A stretch of 25,762 nt of DNA from a bacterium (lineage in GTDB: Bacteria > Hydrothermota > Tepidihabitantia > Tepidihabitantales > Tepidihabitantaceae). Positions 19,864-25,762 of the stretch are shown one piece after another; positions within the stretch are counted from its first letter, which is position 1; each line of letters opens with the position of its first letter. The DNA lies in NCBI GenBank assembly GCA_046485285.1, contig JAWOHE010000079.1, forward strand, positions 1 to 25,762, read 5' to 3'. The notes beneath the pieces were generated by a model, which saw nothing but the letters and a program-made list of their open reading frames with translations, was not told where the DNA came from and searched no databases. The translations under genes were made by a program, and so were the position numbers.

Positions 19864-20823
19864 ATGACTGACGCGGTCGGGCGGCCGGCCGAGACCAGGC
19901 TCGCCGCCTACAACCTCCAGAACCTCGGACGGGAGGACAACCCGGGCGGAGTCTACGAGCAGAAGCTCGAGTTTCTCGCCGGCGCGCTCCGATCCGTCAA
20001 TGCCGACCTGGTCGCGGTCGCCGAGGTACGCGAGGAGGCCTCGTTCGGCGAGCTGGTCCGGGCGGCCGGTGACTACCCGGAAGCGTTGCTGTCCGACCTC
20101 ACCCCGGACCGGCGCCAGCTCCAGGTCGGGCTGTTCACCCGCCTGCCGGTGCTCGACCGGGGCCAGTGGCACGACTTCCCGGCCGCCCTGCCCGGCGAGC
20201 CCGGCCGGCTTGTCCGGCTCGGGTTCCGGCGGGCGATACCCTGGCTCCGGGTCCGCCTGCCGGACGGCTCGACGCTGCTCGCGGCCGCGGTGCACCTCAA
20301 GTCCGGTCGGCCGGAGGTCGAGAACGTTCCCGAGACCGAATCGCCCCGGCGGCGCGAGGTGCTCGGGATGGCGCTGGCGACCGCCGGGCGCATATACGAG
20401 GCGGCCGGCCTGCGCTGCCGGCTCGATGAGGCGATGGCCCGGCCGGCGGCGGACCACTTCGCGGTACTGGGCGACTTCAATGACGGGCCGGGCTCGGAGG
20501 TCGTGCAACTGGTCCTGGGCCGGGTTCACGCGGTCATCGAGGGCCCGTCCCCGGTCGCCGGCGAGTTGTTCGAGGCGGCGGAACGCATCGCGCCGGAACT
20601 GCGGGTCTCCTACTTCGGCCGGGGGCAGGAGGCCCAGCTCGACCACATCCTCGTCAGCAAGGAACTCGACCGCCGCCTGGTCGCGGCCGGCATCGAGACT
20701 CAGTTGATCGACCGCTCGGGCCGGTGGCAGGCGGGGGCGCGGGTCATCGGCTACCCGCGCTCGGACCACGCGCCGGTCTGGGCGGCATTCGGGTTCGCGG
20801 AAGACACCGGAGGTGCGCAATGA
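19864..20823 (+). CDS. Endonuclease/exonuclease/phosphatase (EEP) family protein
   Basis: AYNLQN, VAEV, HLKS, GDFND, LDHILVS, SDHAPVW. Confidence 0.93.
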   Translation: MTDAVGRPAETRLAAYNLQNLGREDNPGGVYEQKLEFLAGALRSVNADLVAVAEVREEASFGELVRAAGDYPEALLSDLTPDRRQLQVGLFTRLPVLDRGQWHDFPAALPGEPGRLVRLGFRRAIPWLRVRLPDGSTLLAAAVHLKSGRPEVENVPETESPRRREVLGMALATAGRIYEAAGLRCRLDEAMARPAADHFAVLGDFNDGPGSEVVQLVLGRVHAVIEGPSPVAGELFEAAERIAPELRVSYFGRGQEAQLDHILVSKELDRRLVAAGIETQLIDRSGRWQAGARVIGYPRSDHAPVWAAFGFAEDTGGAQ

Positions 20824-22631
20824 AGGTTGCGAGGCTGTTTCTCGCGCTCGGGCTCGTCGCGGCCGCGGCCCGTGCCCAGCTCGGCTATGTCGAGTCCTCG
20901 ACCGGGTTCCAGGGCAACCCGAGGCTGGACGGCGGCCGGACCGAGCTCGAACTGGCCGACATCAACAACGACGGCCACGTCGACATCCTGTCGATCGGCG
21001 ACCACGGCAGCCCGTTCATCAACACCCAGCAGCGCGGGGTGATGGTCTGGTTCGGCGACGGGGCCGGAAGCTGGTCCGTCCACCTGCCGAGTGACACCTT
21101 CGGCTACGGCGGCATCGCGGTCGGCGACGTCAACAATGACGGCTACTGGGACGTCGGCTACGCGATGCACCACAACTACACCGCGAACCCGCTCGGCGAC
21201 CGGCTCATCGAGGTCGCGCTCGGTGACGGCACCGGCCGGAGCTGGACCGCCTGGGGCGACAGCCTTGCCCGGGAGGGGCAGGACTGGGGGATGCACGCGA
21301 CCGACTTCGGCGACTTCGACAACGACGGCCTGCTCGACATCGGCTCGATATCGTTCGGCGCGGACGACGGCATCCACGTCTACCGGAACCTCGGCAACGG
21401 CGCGTGGCGCCGGACCTTCGGGTTCTCCGGCGGCAACAGCAACATGGAGTTCTACTTCCGCGACGTCAACAACGACGGCAACCTCGATATCATCGCCGCG
21501 CACGGTACCGGCAGTATCTGGTTCGGCGACGGCGCCGGGGACTTCACGCCGGCGAACACCGGCCTGCCGGGCTCGACCGGCGGCCTGCGCGGGCTGTCGC
21601 CGGGCGACGTCAACAACAACGGGGGCTGTGACGTCGCGTTCGCCAACTCGACCGGCGGGGTCGAGGTCTGGACCTGGGACGAAGACCAGCAGTGCTGGAC
21701 CGGCTTCTCGGGCAGCCTGCCCCAGGCGGACTCGTTCCAGGCCACCCGGCTCTGCGACATGAACGCGGACGGTTTCGTCGACCTGCTCGCGTTCGGCCGG
21801 GGCAAGACCCGGGTCTGGCTCGGCGACGGGACCGGCAACTGGGCCGATGCGGGCGGCTTCAACACCGCCGGCGCGGGCACCTATGCCGCCCTGCGCACCG
21901 GCGCGGACTTCGACCACAACGGCCGGCCCGACATCGTCTACTGGTCGCGCGAGGGCAGTTGGCCGAGCGACATCAACGTCGCCCACGCGTTCAGGGAGAC
22001 CACCTCGGTCACCGGCCTGACGGTGTTCCCGGTCTTCCCGCGCGGCAGGGAGAAGCTCCCGAACCGGACCATCCGGTTCGTCGACTGGTGGAGCGCGGCG
22101 CCCCAGCCGGCCGCGTCCCGGGTCCGGCTCGAGCTGTCGACCACCGGCCCGGACGGGCCGTGGTCGCCACTTGCCGACGACCTGCGCAACAACGGCCGCT
22201 GGCAGTGGGCGGTGCCGGACTCGGTCCTCTCGCCGGACTGCCGGATTCGCTACACGGTGACGGACCCGACCGACACGGTGATTGCCATCACCCCGAGGTC
22301 GTTCGCGATCGGCGACACGACCGTCAGCCTCGCCGGCGGCCGGCCTGCGCGCCAGCCCGGGGTACTCGAGGTCCGGCCCAACCCGGTTCGGCCGGGCGCG
22401 CCGGCGGTCGCGAGGCTCCGGGGCGCGGGTGGGACGGCGGTCCGGGTCTTTGACCGCTCCGGCCGGCAGGTGCTTGACGCCCGGCTCGACGCGGATGGGA
22501 CCGCCCGGCTCGACACCCGGGGTCTGGCCGCGGGAGCGTACTTCGTGCGGGCCGGGGACCGGGCCGGCGTCGCCAAGCTCATCGTCGGTCCGGCCGGGCC
22601 GGGTATTGACAGCCGGGCGGAGTTCCGGTAG
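20820..22631 (+). CDS. Secreted FG-GAP/VCBS-repeat protein with a T9SS-like C-terminal domain
   Basis: Signal peptide MKVARLFLALGLVAAAARA; repeated DxNNDGxxD motifs; C-terminal VRPNP...VFDRSGRQV...LAAGAYFVR. ATG overlaps the EEP stop. Confidence 0.92.
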   Translation: MKVARLFLALGLVAAAARAQLGYVESSTGFQGNPRLDGGRTELELADINNDGHVDILSIGDHGSPFINTQQRGVMVWFGDGAGSWSVHLPSDTFGYGGIAVGDVNNDGYWDVGYAMHHNYTANPLGDRLIEVALGDGTGRSWTAWGDSLAREGQDWGMHATDFGDFDNDGLLDIGSISFGADDGIHVYRNLGNGAWRRTFGFSGGNSNMEFYFRDVNNDGNLDIIAAHGTGSIWFGDGAGDFTPANTGLPGSTGGLRGLSPGDVNNNGGCDVAFANSTGGVEVWTWDEDQQCWTGFSGSLPQADSFQATRLCDMNADGFVDLLAFGRGKTRVWLGDGTGNWADAGGFNTAGAGTYAALRTGADFDHNGRPDIVYWSREGSWPSDINVAHAFRETTSVTGLTVFPVFPRGREKLPNRTIRFVDWWSAAPQPAASRVRLELSTTGPDGPWSPLADDLRNNGRWQWAVPDSVLSPDCRIRYTVTDPTDTVIAITPRSFAIGDTTVSLAGGRPARQPGVLEVRPNPVRPGAPAVARLRGAGGTAVRVFDRSGRQVLDARLDADGTARLDTRGLAAGAYFVRAGDRAGVAKLIVGPAGPGIDSRAEFR

Positions 22632-22634
22632 CGT
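22606..22634 (+). promoter_or_regulatory. Putative promoter of the lipoprotein gene
   Basis: TTGACA (22606-22611), 17 nt, TAGCGT (22629-22634); SD AAGGAG downstream. Confidence 0.55.
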
Positions 22635-22671
22635 TGACCGGATGGCGGTAGAGTCAACCAAAGGAGCAGCA

Positions 22672-23526
22672 ATGAGGAGCAGGAAATCGTTCGCGTTCGC
22701 GCTCGCGGCCTGCCTCGTCCTGGTCGCTTCCTGCGGCCGGCGGGACGTTGAGGCCGACCGGGCCGCGGTCCGGGCGCTGGTCGAAAGGGACACGGTTCAC
22801 TTCAAGACCAGCACCAGCCACGACTCGACCACCGGCAGCGGCTACCTCACCGACGGCGACACCGCGGTGTTCTGGTGGCGCGGGCCACAGACCCACGACA
22901 GCACGCCGACGGTCGAAGTCGCGATATCGGATGACTCGGCCTGGGTCGACTGGTTCCAGCACAACTACGGCAGTTTCTACGTGCTCGCCAACCTGCCCGG
23001 CGACTCGCTCGCGCTCTGGACGAAACAGCTCAAGGAGCGGACCCGCCTGCGCGGGGTCTTCATCCGGACCGGCCGGGACTCCGACGCCGACCGCGGTTGG
23101 CGCCTGCGCAGCATCTCGCTCGCGACCGGCGTCTCGGACCCGGACAACTCGGTCCGCATCGACAGCCTCGGCATCACGAGCTCGCTCCGTTCGACACTCA
23201 TCCGCGACCCGCTCAGCAACTTCTACCTTGTCGACAGCCTGTTCTGGTTCACGCCTGGCGAGCAGGTCACGCTGACGCTATACACCAACGCGACCGCGGG
23301 CAAGGCGTTCCTGCACACCTTCGTCCTCGCCTGGCCATTCTACGTCCGGGTGCCGTTCGCGGACCAGGGCAACGGGGTCTTCACCGGCACCTGGCATGCC
23401 CAAATCGTCCCTTCGTTCCGGTTCGGCATCTTCGACCTGATGGCGCGGAACACCATCTACAGCGAGGAAGGGCCGTACGACTTCAACGGCTGGCTCTTCC
23501 CGTACCGGATCAGGACCGCGGACTAG
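22672..23526 (+). CDS. Putative lipoprotein of unknown function
   Basis: SD AAGGAG; MRSRKSFAFALAACLVLVAS-C lipobox; beta-rich aromatic body. Confidence 0.85.
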   Translation: MRSRKSFAFALAACLVLVASCGRRDVEADRAAVRALVERDTVHFKTSTSHDSTTGSGYLTDGDTAVFWWRGPQTHDSTPTVEVAISDDSAWVDWFQHNYGSFYVLANLPGDSLALWTKQLKERTRLRGVFIRTGRDSDADRGWRLRSISLATGVSDPDNSVRIDSLGITSSLRSTLIRDPLSNFYLVDSLFWFTPGEQVTLTLYTNATAGKAFLHTFVLAWPFYVRVPFADQGNGVFTGTWHAQIVPSFRFGIFDLMARNTIYSEEGPYDFNGWLFPYRIRTAD

Positions 23527-23578
23527 CCGGCAACAGCAATCACGACGCGCCGGGCCAGCAACGGCCCGGCGCGGCCGG

Positions 23579-23758
23579 GCCTCGGTCACCGCGGGTCGTC
23601 TGCGCGTCGAGGCTGCCGGTCTGCTGCTTGACGTCAGCGGCCGGGCGGTGGCAAGGCTTGAGAAGGGTGAGAACGACGTCCGGCATCTCGCGCCCGGGGT
23701 GTACTTCGTCCGCAGGCAGGATACCGGCGAATCCAGCCGGCTGGTGCTGGTCGAGTAG
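23579..23758 (+). pseudogene. Orphan T9SS-like C-terminal sorting domain with no start codon
   Basis: Translates as ASVTAGRLRVEAAGLLLDVSGRAVARLEKGENDVRHLAPGVYFVRRQDTGESSRLVLVE*, similar to the C-terminus of the FG-GAP protein. No ATG/GTG/TTG precedes it in its open frame (from 23441). Confidence 0.75.
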
Positions 23759-23831
23759 GCTGGCTTCTCTCTCGAGTCGTCCGAGGGCGGGGGGAGAGAG
23801 TCACTGGCGGCAGCCGGTCGTCAATTCGCCC

Positions 23832-23859
23832 TTGACAGAGGGGGGCAGGGGACTAGGCT
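23832..23859 (+). promoter_or_regulatory. Putative promoter of the BNR-repeat gene
   Basis: TTGACA (23832-23837), 16 nt containing G6, TAGGCT (23854-23859). Confidence 0.65.
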
Positions 23860-23976
23860 TCTCCCGAAGCAGGTTGGAGAAACGGGTATGCGACCTGTCG
23901 GACCGAGGTCAGCAAACGGCACGATGGGGTTCACCGTGCCTGCATGGCAGAGAGAAGCCATGCCAGGAGGAATCAG

Positions 23977-25762
23977 ATGCAACGTCCGTGCAGAGCGAGA
24001 ATCCTGCCCCCCCCCCCGAGACCGCGTACCGGTCACTTCCACACCAAAGGCACGCGCTAGCCCTGACCTGTGCCGTGGCGCTACTACTCGTGAGTAGCGC
24101 GACAGTCACTGCACAGGGATACTCTGACTGGGTTTGGCAGCGTCCGAGCGCGGTGTGGTCCAGCAACACGCATGCCAAGCTGACCGCAAACTCAGGTGCC
24201 AAGCCGACAGCTGTCTCACGGTATGCACGGGACGTCAATCGCCCTTGGACCAGCTTCGTTTTCACGGATGAACTGGGCAGAGTCTGGTACAGGGCGGATT
24301 CGGGCAACCAGTGCATCATGCCAGTGGTACGGAGCCCTTGGCCTAGCCGGGTCGGGGGCGTCGGAGCCGCCACCGCACTCACTGGCCGGGGAATCAGCCC
24401 ATCGGATACCGCCGACCGCGTGCACTGCGCGTGGTATGACACTACCAGCAATCAGGTCATTCACGCCAGCAACACGATAAGGGCTAGCTGGACAGATACA
24501 CTGCGTTGGTCGGTGGACTCCTTCCCCAATGTGGACTGCTCGGACATGGCCATCGACGCTTGGCGGACTGCGCAACCCAACGAGCGTTACGTGTACTTGG
24601 CATTCAGGGCCCAGCCACAGGGCTCGCAGAAGGGTGTGTATGTCGTGCGGTCCAGCAATGGGGGGGGCACCTGGTCTTCGCCGTACCTCGTCGCGGAGTG
24701 CGAGGATGCGGATCAGATTGGCGTTGTGACCCCCGGTTCGGGCACCGACCCAGAGTACAAGGAGCTTGTGCACGTTGTCTTCCACTCACGGAGCGGCGGC
24801 ATTGACTTCGTGCACTTCTACGGCTCCGAAGACTATGGTATGTCTTGGCCAAACAGCAAGTACTGGGTGAGTGCCAAACACCCCTGCATGGCCGCCGACC
24901 AAGACGAGGTCGTTCTGGGCTGGGTCCGGTCTACTGGGCCCGCAGCCGGCAAGGTTTTTACCGCGTGGAACACTCATAAGGGGCGGGATGACAACTGGAA
25001 CTCATGGGGCGACCCGGGTTCGTCTGGGATCCAGCTCGCCAGTTACACATACGGCAACTACTCGCGGCCTTCAGTGGCGCTTGTGAACGGCACGAGTGCT
25101 CCCCGCAAGTACGCGGTTTTCAGCTCCGTACTGCGGCACTTGGACCGATACTGGGTTTCGGCCTCGCACTTCCGGTTCTCTGCGACAAATAGCGCAACCA
25201 AGCCCACCTACCCCCCCTTGGCTGAGCGGTGGCTGAGCCATGGTGATAGCGGGAACCTGCGCAGCCACTGCGGCCCCGATGCCAATCCCGGCGTTGTTCG
25301 CTTCATGGAAATGGAAACCGACTCCTTTAGGTTGTCTTGTGTCTGGACAGACACGGGTGGTTACGCTGGGCGGTCCAGCGCGGACGCCTACTGGAACACG
25401 ACGCGCGTCAGAACCGTGCCGCCTCTGTACCAGGTCCTTCCGCCATCTGCCTTCGACGGCTCGGGCCGTCGGCTGGTGCCGGACCCCAACGCCAACATGG
25501 TCTACTCGGCGCGCTCAGGCGCCAGCGTTCTCTACGGCCCGGCCCTGCGCCAGGGTGAGCTGTGGCCCTTTACGGCCGGGGCCGGCGACCTGTCCGCGGT
25601 CGCGGCCGACCCGGACGGCAACGCGTGGGTCGCGTTCAGATGCGACGACACCATCTGGTGTCTGACCGGCGAGCAGTCGGTGGAACCGGTCTGGGCCGGA
25701 GACGGCAGCCGGGTTCCCGGCCAGCCGTCAATCGCGATCTACCCGTTGCAGGACAACGGCGA
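23977..25762 (+). CDS. Large secreted BNR/Asp-box repeat protein, frameshifted at a poly-C tract, 3' end outside the window (absent from the ORF track)
   Basis: Frame 3 is stop-free to the window end: signal peptide RHALALTCAVALLLVSSATVTA, Asp-boxes RSSNGGGTW and GSEDYGMSW. The SD-led ATG at 23977 is in a different frame and stops at 24058-24060. Confidence 0.85.
24007..24017 (+). repeat. C11 homopolymer (simple sequence repeat)
   Basis: ATCCTG-C11-GAGACC, between the start codon and the signal-peptide core. Confidence 0.95.

Noticed and set aside
23840-23845. G6 in the promoter spacer as a second phase switch
   Set aside because: Too short for frequent slippage, and the 16-nt spacer already matches the local norm.
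23909-25665. Cluster of short ORFs suggesting small genes or stop-codon recoding
   Set aside because: Explained by one uninterrupted frame-3 ORF that has no stop inside the window.

Overview
High-GC bacterial chromosome segment, mostly housekeeping genes. The FCB-type SecA insert and the style of the T9SS-like C-terminal domains suggest an FCB-related lineage such as candidate phylum WOR-3 (inference). Order: secA with two paralogous membrane-anchored proteins (+); sppA, a stand-alone tRNA-Ile(GAT) without encoded CCA, cysS, tsaD, YbbR-like (-); GlmU-like and ROK kinase (+); GNAT-like, ftsK, site-2 protease, tRNA nucleotidyltransferase, DUF3467, tyrS, DUF151 nuclease, rplI, rpsR (-); EEP nuclease/phosphatase, FG-GAP protein, lipoprotein, an orphan C-terminal domain and a large BNR-repeat secreted protein running off the end (+). 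Main signals: (1) two short palindromic repeat families occur both intergenically and translated in frame inside tRNA-handling enzymes (a 99-nt element in the nucleotidyltransferase, a heptamer hairpin at the TsaD N-terminus, and possibly an unrelated hairpin in CysS); (2) a C11 tract puts the SD-led ATG of the BNR gene out of frame, a candidate phase-variation switch; (3) SecA has a 4-Cys insert; (4) promoters are mostly TTGAC-N16-TANNNT with near-leaderless starts.
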